Positions 30,961-43,100 of a stretch of 64,000 bases of DNA are shown here, one piece after another. Position 1 is the first letter of the stretch. Each line of letters opens with the position of its first letter. Made by a program: the position numbers and the translations under genes. This DNA is from Octopus bimaculoides (lineage: Eukaryota): the NCBI RefSeq assembly GCF_001194135.2, contig NC_069005.1, forward strand, positions 14,201,556 to 14,265,555, given 5' to 3'. Under the pieces are notes generated by a model that saw nothing but the letters and a program-made list of their open reading frames with translations, did no database searches and was not told the origin of the DNA.

Positions 30961-32046
30961 AATTGTTGTTGCTCAGGTTTGAATGTTGGTCAAAATAACA
31001 GTATCTTACCCTTTATTTCCCTAATATAGTGAGTGTTCATTGTATGGCAATACATGGTCATATATTTTCAAAGTATAAAAGGTCTCCATATTAGTGTATG
31101 GGGGGATTTGGTTAAGTTAAAGTGAAGTCAAGCTCTTAAGTTTTCTGGCTAAATAAAATTGTAAATGTCTTTTTCTTTTAAACAGTGCACTTGAATTGCT
31201 GTCATATATATTTGAATTTTTCTAGTTATTTTTAAGTTCTGTTGATGTTCGGTTGAAACCATTAAAATTATAATTTTGCATCTGCTTTCTATGCTGGCAT
31301 GGGATAGATGGCCCAGAAGGTTCCAACAGGTCAGAAGACTATTTTTTAAATTAGTATCTCAGTTTTGGCTTGCAGTCTGCCACTGCACAATTTCTAGCTA
31401 AGGCCATGGTAAAATATAGTTGGCCAGACTGTCCACCATTAGTATTGAGTCTGGGCCTAACTTCTTAATGACATGTCCAAGCGAGTATTCAATTATTATT
31501 GTCTTAGTTCATCATCATTTAGTTTACTTTGCCTTGCTTGCATGAGTTTGATGGAGTTTATTGAGGCAGATTTTCTACATCTGGATGCCCTTCTTGTTAC
31601 CAACGCTCACCTGTTTATAAACAATGTAATATTTTCCCATTGCTAGACATGTTTTCTGCAGATGACTCGAAACAATAACGTTCATTTACAACCATCAGGT
31701 GATGTCTAGGCAAGGGTACACACACACTCACATTCATACATATATATACATACAAGCACATACATACACAAACACACAACAGTGGGCTTCTTTTAGTATC
31801 TGTATACCACATCTACTCAAAGCTTTGCTCATCCCATAGCTTTAATAGAAGACCCAAGATGCCACACAGTGGGACTGAACTTAAGACCACATCATTGGGA
31901 AGCCAGCTTCTTAACCACATGGCCAAGCATGTCATTGTTATATTTATTATTGAAAACCCAGCACTCAAGCCTACATATTACATATTTTTGCTTCTGAGTG
32001 ATATGATGCTCCTCGAGTTTTGTTTTTATTTATAAATTGTTGCTGT

Positions 32047-32081
<35 letters not shown>

Positions 32082-34379
32082 TACATCATCATCATTGTGA
32101 ACAAATGTCAATCTTATTTTAGTGTAGTTTTACCCACTCTGTAATCTCCCCTCTTCCTATCTAGCAGTTGTTTCCATATCAGGCTCAGTTATTGGTCTTG
32201 TCAATTTCTACAAACAGAAGTTAAACACAACCAAAATGTAATGTAAACTAAAACAAGGGTGTCTTGTTTTAAAATATGTCTTTAACTCATCCAGATTTGG
32301 AAACATTCAGTTCTGCTGAAACCTAATGAACAGCTGGAGGATTTAAGGCAATGAGTCATACCTTGATTAGTATTCTCCTCTTGAAAGAAACTGACTTACT
32401 CTACAAATATATATATATATATATACATANNNNNNNNNNNNNNNNNNNNNNNNNNNNNNNNNNNNNNNNNNNNNNNNNNNNNNNNNNNNNNNNNNNNNNN
32501 NNNNNNNNNNNNNNNNNNNNNNNNNNNNNNNNNNNNNNNNNNNNNNNNNNNNNNNNNNNTACTTCTTTGAAATATAATTTCTAATAAAGACACACTCATT
32601 CATTCACCTCAAGAGGTATTCTACTAATTTTGTATGTTATGTATTTATGTTTAACAAAAGCAAACAATATAAAGAAAGGCCGTTTAGTATTGTTACAGGC
32701 TTGCTGTATAATCATCATTGTATATTTATCTTCCTCGTGCTCCTGTTATTGTTAATCACCATATCTTTAAATATTTCCTTGAAGAACCAAATTTTTTTTA
32801 ATTCACTATTTTGTGATGGTCGTGCTTCAATCTAGATGGTGATGGTGATTTTCAACCTTGATGCCTGTGAAATGTAATAAAAAGAAAATGTGTGAATGCA
32901 TCTGATAACCTAAGGGGATTGTTATAAGAGTTAGTGTTTAGTTTAAGTTTATGCTGTTCTATTGATGCTGTATGATACTCATCTTATTGGTGATAATGAT
33001 GCTTGTTATCTCAGGTAAATTAAGACAATCTGGTGCCAATATCCTAACAGTTCAGTGGATTGTTGTATGTTGCAATGAATATGAGAATTAAAGACCAATG
33101 AGCTTTCAGTTTGAGGTGTTGGACTCCAATGGTGGCACAAGTTGGAACCTTGCTATAATCGTTGTATCATGCGTCTAGACAAGTAGCATCATCGTCATCA
33201 TTGTTTAACATCTGTTTTTTTTAATGCTGGTATGGGTTGGATGATTTGATAGCTGTTGACAAACTGGAGGACTGCACATAGCTCCTATGTTTGCTTTGGT
33301 ATGGTTTCTAGGGCTGGATCCCCTTCCTAATGCAGATTGTACTGGGTGTTTTTTTACACAGAAGCAACACAAGTGAGGTCACAAAGTAACTTCCAAAACA
33401 AAATCCCTCAACTGAGAGCAGGGTGTAGTATTGAGTGGGGTGGCTTTTTGTCAAATGAGGAGAGGTTAAAGTATGACAGAGGGACAGGAACAAGTGTCCC
33501 AGGTACTCCAGTTGGAAATATCTGTTTAAATGGTTTTGACTAACAGATGGGTAATGGTAGAATATTCAGCTGTAAAAACAAAACTGTTGGTCTGCAGTGC
33601 AAAGACTAGCCAAAAGCACAACCCAATAACAAATTAGTGGCTGCACTTAGTCCATATCAAGTTCAGATGATCATCATTGTTTGCATCTTTTTAATTTTCA
33701 AAATGTTAATAATATACCTTAACTCAATACACCACCAGTTCAGTGTGATAATGTATGCACTTTATTTTGGTTACTGGAGCGCTTCAGAATGTACAATATT
33801 AACATGTATCGTTAATCATTTCAGTGTCTGAATTTCACTTGAGTATGAAGCTACATTGATTAGGAAGCACACAGATTGTTACTTCTAGTACTAAGTTAAT
33901 ACAAAGATATTGTGTGTGTGCGCATCTGTACGTGCGTGTGATATTAGGAAGAAGAAGAAAAAAAAGCATTTCTTTGAAATTGTAATAGTTTAGATATAGC
34001 AAATGTCTGAACCACACAAGCAAGCTTATGAAGCCAGATGATTAGTTGTGTTTAACTCTAGTTCCTGCAATGTCTTTTAGATAGGAAGACTATAGAATTG
34101 CAGAAACATCTGTTGCAACCACTCTTATTTATGGAAACTGTGATATCCTGTTTAAACTCAATGATCATATAAAGACATTGATCTATAATTTTGGAGATAT
34201 TTCAACCTGTGGGTTTTCTTAACTACTTGCCTGTGGGAGGTTGAAGGAGTTACTTTTCAGCTAAGTAGCTGTGTAGTTAAGTTCAGAAATGCACCTTATT
34301 TCAGTACAAGGTATTTCAATTTGTCGTTCAACACTTGAACTCTGAACTTCTGCACACAAATGTTTCACTTTACATACAA

Positions 34380-34760
34380 AATGACTGTGTGGTAAGAGGT
34401 TTGCTTCCCAACCACATAGTTTTAAGTTCAGTCCCACTATGTGGCACTTTGGGCATGTCTTCTTCTATAGCACCAGGCTGACCAAAGCCTTGTGAGTGGA
34501 TTTGATAGACAGAAATGTTAGCACAGCGGGCAAAATGCTTAGCGGTATTTCATCTGCCGCTACGTTCTGAGTTCAAATTCCGCCAAGGTGGACTTTGCAT
34601 TTCATCCTTTCGGGGTCGATTAAATAAGTAGCAGTTACACACTGGGGTCAATATAATCGACTTAATCCGTTTGTCTGTCCTTGTTTAGCCCCTCTGTATG
34701 TAGCCCCTTGTGGGCAGTGAAGAAATATGAAACTGAAAGAAGCCTATCATATATACATGT
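34380..34760 (+). mobile_element. Second-family SINE head interrupted by a nested, 5'-truncated first-family SINE
   Basis: Host reads ...GGATTTGATAGACAGAAA, then ~200 bp GTTAGCACAGCGGGC...CCTTGTGGGCAGTGAAGAAAT, then resumes GAAACTGAAAGAAGCC. Confidence 0.7.
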
Positions 34761-35204
34761 CTTTGCATAATAGTTGTAAACATGTGTCACCATTCCAATC
34801 TTTCGTGGAAATCTGTCTGGTCAATTGGAAATATTATTTCACTTGGAAGCAGGTAAGGGTTGACGACAAAAGGAGCAACCAATTACATAAAAATCCACCT
34901 TGCCAAATTCTGTCTGACCTGTTTAAGCACAGAAAAGTGGACATTAAAATGATAATTATAATATGGTAAAGATAAAGTGTTTGCTCAAAAATGTTTCTGG
35001 TGAATCCACCATAGCAACATAAAGCAACCTTGTTATGTGTGCGAGACAAGAGAAGATAGCTAAAAAAGAAGCCTTTCTGACTTATTAAATGACCACGGGG
35101 CACACATTGTTGCTATTATTTAGATAAGTAGCAGAATTGATAAATATATCTTTGATAGTTGGGGAATTTAGCAAACTGTAACTAAAAATTGAAGCAAATA
35201 ATTT

Positions 35205-35421
35205 AAAACCTTTAGCATTCAGATTTCTTTGTCAAATATAACGCTTATTATTCACATTATTTTGAATTAATCATGCATTACCTTGTAGCTTCAAGATATT
35301 ACTGATGTGTTTTTATATTTTTAGAAGGACATTGTAGGGGAGGTTGGATCTGGTAAGTTTTAGCATAAAATACATAGAATATTAGGGTCAGTTTTGGCTG
35401 GTTTAAATGCTAAAGGGTTAA
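35205..35421. mobile_element. TTAA-flanked piggyBac-like MITE family (termini CCCTTTAGCATT / AATGCTAAAGGG); other copies near 2850-3165, 3560-3770, 7620-7800, 51577-51980, 52544-52750
   Basis: Shared ~210-bp internal sequence (TTTTGTCAAAT..CACATTGTTTTGAATTAATCATGCATTATCTTGTAGC) and terminal AATGCTAAAGGGTTAA. Confidence 0.7.
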
Positions 35422-35670
35422 AGAACCCAATGTGATGAGCCATCCCTCTCCACACAGCTATCTATGTCTGTGGATTACCTCCAGGCATGAAATTTTTTGA
35501 TAATGAAATATGAAGCAGCTTGAGATGATATATGCAAAAAGTTTACTCTGTTCCAGATATTGAGTTCTTTTTTGGTTTGTCTGTAAGAGTATTTTGTAAG
35601 TAGAAATACTTGCAAATACAATCCTTTGTTCTGATTGGGAAAATAGACAAACAGTCAACACTGTCTAATT

Positions 35671-36009
35671 CAGTGGTTCTCAACCAGGGTCCATATAGCC
35701 CCTTAGGGGTCATATAAGATTTTTAGGAGTCCACACAATAAAATAGTAAATTCAGGATTCAAATAGTATTTTAAGAGCCCCCTAAAAGAAATGTTACATT
35801 AGATGTAAGTATTGCAAGAAACAGCGAAGTTTTTTTTTCACTGTAACATTTTACATAGTTTGACCTATGTGGAAAACAAAAAAATAATTTTGAAAGAAGT
35901 TTCTATAAAACTAGTTTTTAAATATCGCATGACTATGGGGGTCCACCAGAATAAAATAATAATCAAAGGGGTCCATAGATTAAAAAAAAAAAATGGTTGA
36001 GAACCCTTA
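35671..36009. mobile_element. hAT-type MITE
   Basis: Termini CAGTGGTTCTCAACC ... GGTTGAGAACCCTTA, perfect 8-bp TSD GTCTAATT (35663-35670 and 36010-36017). Related fragments near 52310-52540 and 62090-62180. Confidence 0.85.
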
Positions 36010-37015
36010 GTCTAATTGCAGAGATGTGACCAACCCTTCTTCAACAGACTGATTTCCTGTAATTTCAATTTCAGTGAAAGCACTGAAGTTTGAAGAATTG
36101 TAAAAAAAATGTGGATTGTAAAAGCTATATGCTCAAGCCTCTACAAGTACATTTAGGAGAGGTTTTGAATCTGTGGACCTTTAAAATATTTTTTTAAGTA
36201 CTTTTTTAAATGATTTTTTTTCATATAGTGTAGTTTATGTCTTTAGTAACCCTGACTTCATATATTTAATCCCTTTCTTTCTGTGTTTGACAAGGTCTGT
36301 AATAACCATATCCTTGCATGTCTAAATCCCTTCTGTGACTGATAATATCTACAGTAACCCTGGTTTTGTGCATTTAAATCCCTTTCCACTCTCTGAATAT
36401 ATCTTTCTATGACCACTGATGTTCATTCTTATAAAGAATACTGGTCTTGTGTTGATGGTGTCTAAGGGTCACTTATTGTGTTGGTTTGTTAGGTAATATA
36501 TTCATAGAAATAGTATATAATAGGGAAGAAAACATTTGGGGAAAATTATACTTTGAATAATCGATGATTTTAATTGGCAAAAGACACATATTCAAGAAAT
36601 AAAATGGTGCTCTTGATTATTTCCAATGTTTTCAACATCAGAAATAACCAACATAGTCAATTACTAAAGTTCGCTAGCAAACATTAATTCTCAAGTTGAG
36701 CTAGTAAGGGAGACAACTCTAGACGTTTTCGGTTTCTTTGCTTTTATCAGAGGAGCTATTGTTGGCCCTGTAGTAACCTAGTTTATTATACAGAACTGCT
36801 TGTAAAGGAAAAGAAAAAAATTGAATGATCTCAAGAAATGAGATTAATTGATACTTTAATTGGAAAAAGGTGCTATTAATATNNNNNNNNNNNNNNNNNN
36901 NNNNNNNNNNNNNNNNNNNNNNNNNNNNNNNNNNNNNNNNNNNNNNNNNNNNNNNNNNNNNNNNNNNNNNNNNNNNNNNNNNNNNNNNNNNNNNNNNNNN
37001 NNNNNNNNNNNNNNN

Positions 37016-37060
<45 letters not shown>

Positions 37061-38129
37061 TTTGTGTAATTACCATTAGCTATGGATATTGCTGATGTTG
37101 AAGATATCAGAAATGATCAAATCTATCTCCTTATACTTGGAATAATTAAATGAATTACTGAGAAAAATGTTTCTGAAGAAGCGAAAAAGACAGATGTTGT
37201 CTGGTTTCATCAAGGGTGATATCTGCCAGAATTGCCGTCCAAAAGGTGCTGGTAATCCTGAACTTTGTATGTTCAGTTTTTTGTAGTCCTCAAACCAGAG
37301 TATGAAATTTGAATGGGTGAATTTTGAAGATAGCCTGTATAAAGAGTAAAAGTTATTTTTCTACATACAGAGAATAAGTAGAGACAAAAATTGAACATAT
37401 GAATGTTGAAGGCTATCTGTTCAGCTACAAGTGCCATTATGAGCGATTACAAAAAAAAAATGTATGAAATAAGGAGAATCTATTCTAAATGAAGTTTAGA
37501 ATAAGGGCCAGCTGTAACACACCATTTATGGGAGCTAGTAAATAAAGCAATTAAGAACCTCAGGGAATGCAAATGTTACCAAACTGTCTTCAAGTTTCTA
37601 TTCTTAAAAATCAAGAGTTTAGTAGGATTTAGTAAAATAACTGATTTCTCCAATATTAACCCTTTTGATACCAATTTAGTTGAAAAAGCTCCTAAAAAAA
37701 TGCCCTATTTTAAAGTGATTTAAATTAAAACCTTCTTTCAAATTTTCATGTTAATTTATGATCATCTTTATAATAGCAGTTATTTTTTTAAACCCATCAG
37801 TCTAAAAAATAATTGAAACAAAAGCAGTGTATTTCAACAGTAATATAGTAACAAAAGAATTTTAAGTTGGAGTTTAATGCATAAAAAGGTTTTACATAAA
37901 ATTATCATGGGCAGTTTAAATGTGAGCAGTTTTGTATCAGAACCAAACACGTTACTATCAGAAGGACTCATGTTATATTTAGTCCATAAGTACAATTATC
38001 AAGTACTTATTTCTACGACTGTGGTACTAAGCAAATGGTATTATGCTGCTGCATCTGTACAGAAGTCTATCATAAACAATTCGCAGATGGTGTCCCTGTC
38101 CTCAACAGATAGATGAGCTAAGACATGCA

Positions 38130-38340
38130 AAAGTACTGTATGGATATAGACCTATGACCTGTTGTTGGAAACCACTAAAATATTGCTTCTACCATAATGC
38201 AAGGGAGTTGTTTGGAAACAGTTTTCAATGAGGAGGTACATTTCTGGTGAGACAGCTGCCAGAAAATTGCTTGATAAAGAACAAAATTCTAGTTTATATT
38301 CATTGACTTGATGAGGCTCTTGTCAGAGTTGTTCAACTCA
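38130..38340 (+). mobile_element. Highly degenerate RTE-type RT fragment
   Basis: Manual translation gives TFLVRQLPENCLIKNKIL plus frameshifted FIFIDL, matching the AIFLVRQLQEKYLAKNKPLYLAFIDL region. Confidence 0.5.
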
Positions 38341-39053
38341 AAAATTTATTGATAAAGTAAGCTAGATACTTATGATTAATATGTGAAATATGTTCAGTCT
38401 TTGTGTGGGTGAATGAATGAAAAATAATAGGATCAGAATAAACAGTAAAATCTGTGGTAAATTAAAAGCAAATGTTCTTAATTGCAACAAAGATGTTTAG
38501 GATTTGAAAGCCCTTGTGGACCATCTGTATACCAATGACTTGAGACTCATTGCAAAATCTCTCAAAAGTTTATATACCTGAATGAATAAACTCTCTTCAA
38601 AAGGCCAGAAAGTGAACAAAGCAAATATTGGTTTCGAATCTTTTGGCACAAGGCCAGCAATATCAGGGTAGGAGGATATTCAGTTATATCAACTCCAATG
38701 CACAACTGGTACTTATTTTATCAACCCTGAAAGGATGAAAAATCAAGTGAATAAAACAAATATTAAGGTACATAGGTATGAGTGGAGTTCAAAAGGCTAT
38801 TTGTAGAAAGACCTTACTGAATGTCTTGTAGAAACATGGGTTGCTCCCCAAAACCCTAACCTTCATATTTAAAACTGTTAAGACAACAGGGAAACTACTC
38901 TGTTGCATAAGTGGTAATGAATATATTTGAGAAGAGTTAATGAATTGGATTATGATTACTCTTTACTAATGAGTATTTGATTGTTCTGCCTTGAATATTA
39001 TATATTGTCTATTGCTGTGACTCTTATATCGCTTCCTTTTATTTTCATTGCAG

Positions 39054-39294
39054 GTCACAAACTTCAAGATAAACAGATGAATACAGTGTGTGCAGCTCTG
39101 GCCGTAACATCATGTCTGCATTGAAATGTGTTTCCCCCACCCCATTAATATGAGCTTCTTATATGCCCAGCCAATAACAAGAACCATAGCCTGGCCATTA
39201 TAGTTCTTGTCCTCAGCTGTTATACGATTGGTGTGAATTGAACGATCCAGTGTCAGATGATGTTTTAACACTTAACTGTAGATACCAAACACAG
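39054..39294 (+). other. Candidate non-coding (5' UTR) exon
   Basis: Strong acceptor CTTCCTTTTATTTTCATTGCAG| ending 39053; possible donor CAG|GTGGAG after 39294; stops in all three frames. No transcript evidence. Confidence 0.25.
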
Positions 39295-39454
39295 GTGGAG
39301 AATTCTACCAAAGCAAAGCCAAGCTCTGTGAATGTAACTTACTTGGTGTTATATTACAATCAGATGAAGAATGTTTCTCACCACATTTTCTTTCATCCCT
39401 TTAACATGATTACATAAAAATCCTTCCTGTGAAATATAAAAAAAAAAACAGTAT

Positions 39455-39502
<48 letters not shown>

Positions 39503-40054
39503 NNNNNNNNNNNNNNNNNNNNNNNNNNNNNNNNNNNNNNNNNNNNNNNNNNNNNNNNNNNNNNNNNNNNNNNNNNNNNNNNNNNNNNNNNNNNNNNNNN
39601 NNNNNNNNNNNNNNNNNNNNNNNNNNNNNNNNNNNNNNNNNNNNNNNNNNNNNNNNNNNNNNNNNNNNNNNNNNNNNNNNNNNNNNNNNNNNNNNNNNNN
39701 NNNNNNNNNNNNNNNNNNNNNNNNNNNNNNNNNNNNNNNNNNNNNNNNNNNNNNNNNNNNNNNNNNNNNNNNNNNNNNNNNNNNNNNNNNNNNNNNNNNN
39801 NNNNNNNNNNNNNNNNNNNNNNNNNNNNNNNNNNNNNNNNNNNNNNNNNNNNNNNNNNNNNNNNNNNNNNNNNNNNNNNNNNNNNNNNNNNNNNNNNNNN
39901 NNNNNNNNNNNNNNNNNNNNNNNNNNNNNNNNNNNNNNNNNNNNNNNNNNNNNNNNNNNNNNNNNNNNNNNNNNNNNNNNNNNNNNNNNNNNNNNNNNNN
40001 NNNNNNNNNNNNNNNNNNNNNNNNNNNNNNNNNNNNNNNNNNNNNNNNNNNNNN

Positions 40055-40102
<48 letters not shown>

Positions 40103-40124
40103 TAACCCATAAAGTTTGTCAGAA

Positions 40125-43100
40125 ATGTCTGCAAACAAAAAGCGTGGTGTCAGTAGCCGTGTCTCAAAGGCTGAGCAAGCACTAAAGAGCAGCAGCGGTA
40201 ATGGCAGACCAGGAAGGTTGGTGGTAGAGTCTGGAGAAGATACTCCCAAGTCAGTTGAGAAATCTTCCTCAAAGTCTAGTGAAAGCATTGGAAATCAAAC
40301 CCCAAAGACCTCTGTGAATGCTGGAAAAGTTGTTCGTAAAGCTGGACGCCCTCGAAAGCATCGGGACGGTGATGGCAGTACACCAGCGACTTCCACAGCC
40401 CTACAGAACCCTGCCACTCTTTCTACCTCTGGTCCGCTGTCATCTGTTGGTGCCAAAAAAAGAGGCCGAAAAGCCAAGAATCCCGAATCTGCAGTTTCCA
40501 CTGGGAGGAAAAAGAGTATTAATAAACGTGCCCTTGAAATTGTGGACACTTCGAAAGCAGCAATGGAGAAGTTACAAAAGAAAAAACCCAAAGGAACAAA
40601 GTTGTTGGCCACAACAAAAAGTAAAAAAATAGGGAAAGTTTACACAGAAAAGGGAATTCTTAGCAAAGTAAAGAAGGTTTGTCCAACAGAAAGCAAAGGC
40701 GCTAACAAGAAAGCTGCCAAAGAACTACAGTCTGTAAATAATAGTAAACTAAAATCTTCAACTTTGCATAAAGTTCTCAAAGGTTCTAAAACAAAGAAAT
40801 TGTTTTCAAACTCTGAAACTGATACCAGTGAAAGCAGCAAAATGCCAAAATCCAAAAAACTAGGGCACAGCAAAGACAATAGCGGGACTGGGCTTAAAAA
40901 GGTTAAGCTAAAAACTTTGATTAAGATGAAAAAATCTGGTAGTCAGCCAGGTAGGAAACGCAAAATACCTCAAGCTGAGTGTGAAGATTCTAAAAAGAAA
41001 ACCAAAGCCAAAAAAATTGTCCAAAGTACTCCGGCCATTATCTCGAAACGGAAGTGCAAAAGTAAAAAAAATGACAATCCAGAAAGTGAGAACAAAGGCC
41101 AGTTGGTGATAAAGAAAAAACCAGGTCCTGTGAAAGGAAGTAAAAAGGCTGTCCCAAAGACTTCTGCACTTGATACTAGTAGTAAAGTACAGAAACTGAA
41201 GAAATCGTTATCGGATAAATTAAAAATTAAGAAATATAAGAAAGTGAAAGATAACCTGTCTCCGCACAGACTTAGTGGCGCTGAAAATGTGGTCCAGCAA
41301 TCCAATAAGTTTGAATCAGCCGATAATAGTAGAATATGTGAAACAAAAGATATTCGCTTCTCAAAGACATCTCCACTTGAGTCAGGTACACCTACAAATG
41401 GAGCAGAAAGTTCTAGAAGACTGGTGAAAACTACACTGGACAGTCATAAATTGAATGTTCAGGGTGTCTATGAAAGTGAAATATCTGATTGTTTCAAACA
41501 AGGAGTTAATGAGGATTCTATCAACAATGTCGTAGAACTGGCTGACATGTCTAACAGTGAAGGAATCAATACTGTCTTGGTGCCGAACAAGACCAAATTC
41601 CTCAACTCTTCGGTGACTGATGTTACGGACAGCGAAGATGTAAATACACAAAGCACAATAGACAGTGAGGATGTCACTACGCGAAGTACTCTCGATAGTG
41701 AAGATGTTAATACACAGAGCACCGTGGAAAGTGATCGAGTGACTACTCCTTGTACAGTTGATAGTGAGGCAGTCAATACTCCAGGTACTGTTGATAGTGA
41801 TCAGGTTAACACACCATATACCATAGATAGTGAAGATGTAAATACTCAGAGTACTGCAGACAGTGAGAGGATCAATACTCCTTGTACAGAAGAAAGTGAA
41901 AACGCCGTTCCTCCTCTTTCTGTTGACAGTGAGGAGGTGAACACCCCTTGCAGTGTCTTCAGTGAACAGGTGAACACCCCTTGCAGTGTCCTCAGTGAAC
42001 AGGTGAATACTTCCTGCAGTGTAGATAGTACAGAGGCTGCAATGCCAAGCTCAATAGAAAGTGAACGGATTAATACACCTTGTTCGATTGATGCTGACGA
42101 TCCCAGCAGTTGTGAACTGGTAGCTTCAGATGTGAAGGCTACTCATGTTGTCAGTTCCCAGAGTCTAGAATACAACACTGTGGAATCTTCGAAAACCCCA
42201 GTTAATCTGAAGGTGGAAGATAATGTGTGTTCGAATCAGATGTTAAGTAGTCTTGAACAGAAGTCACCAGCAGCAAGTGTGGAACCATCAAGTTTACTTG
42301 ATAACCAATCCAAAGAAGTGATAAATACGGGTAGACTGAGTTCACTTCCAAACTCCGAAAGTTCTGAACAAAACCAAGCTGGCTGCCAGTCATTTCCCAA
42401 CCAGTCCAAAGTTGAAACGGATGATGACATTTATACCAAACCAGCAAGCTCTGTGGAAATGAGTCCTTTACTTTTGGAACTTTCCCCTGCTGAAAGTGAG
42501 GTAAACGTAGTTGATGATGTCGAGGTTGTTGATCCCACCAACACATCACCAATTGAACCAGATCTGTCTACAGACAATCAAACAGATCATGGCTCAGATT
42601 TGATTAGCAGTCCAGTTTCACACACGGCAAAAGCTTCCGAGCAGTTGCTGGAAATGCAACATTCTGCAGAAGAAAATCATGGAGATTGTTCTACGTTTTC
42701 AGCACTGAAGGAGAAAAATTGCGATGACTCTTCGGGGTTTACTGTTCAGGCAAAACTTGTGTCTTCAAATCCGTCAGTTGAATTAGCTTCAGATGCCACC
42801 AGTTCTATGCCAGTGTTTTCATCGACTGTTAGCAAAGATCTTCAAACAACAAATGTTGCAGCCGTATCTGTTCCCTCTGCAAAGTCTGAGGATGAAGCTT
42901 ACAGATCTAAATGCTGCACCAATGATGTTGGAAGTCTTGCAGAACCAGTGCAAAAAGACCTTGCTATTGCTACAGAAGATAGAAAAGAATCTGTGACTGA
43001 TGAAGTGTTGGAAAAGTCAGCATGTGTCAATATGCCTGGCTTGGTGTCTGTCATCTCAAGACCTTCCATTATTTCTTCAAGTAAAACAGACATTATTAAA

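Noticed and set aside
37080-37600. Coding-looking purine-rich stretch
   Set aside because: Stops in all frames and no recognisable motif; may be a decayed transposase but cannot be supported.
40116-40124. ORF-track start MSE at 40116
   Set aside because: It is a TTG codon upstream of the probable acceptor AG (40121-40122); the first ATG is at 40125.
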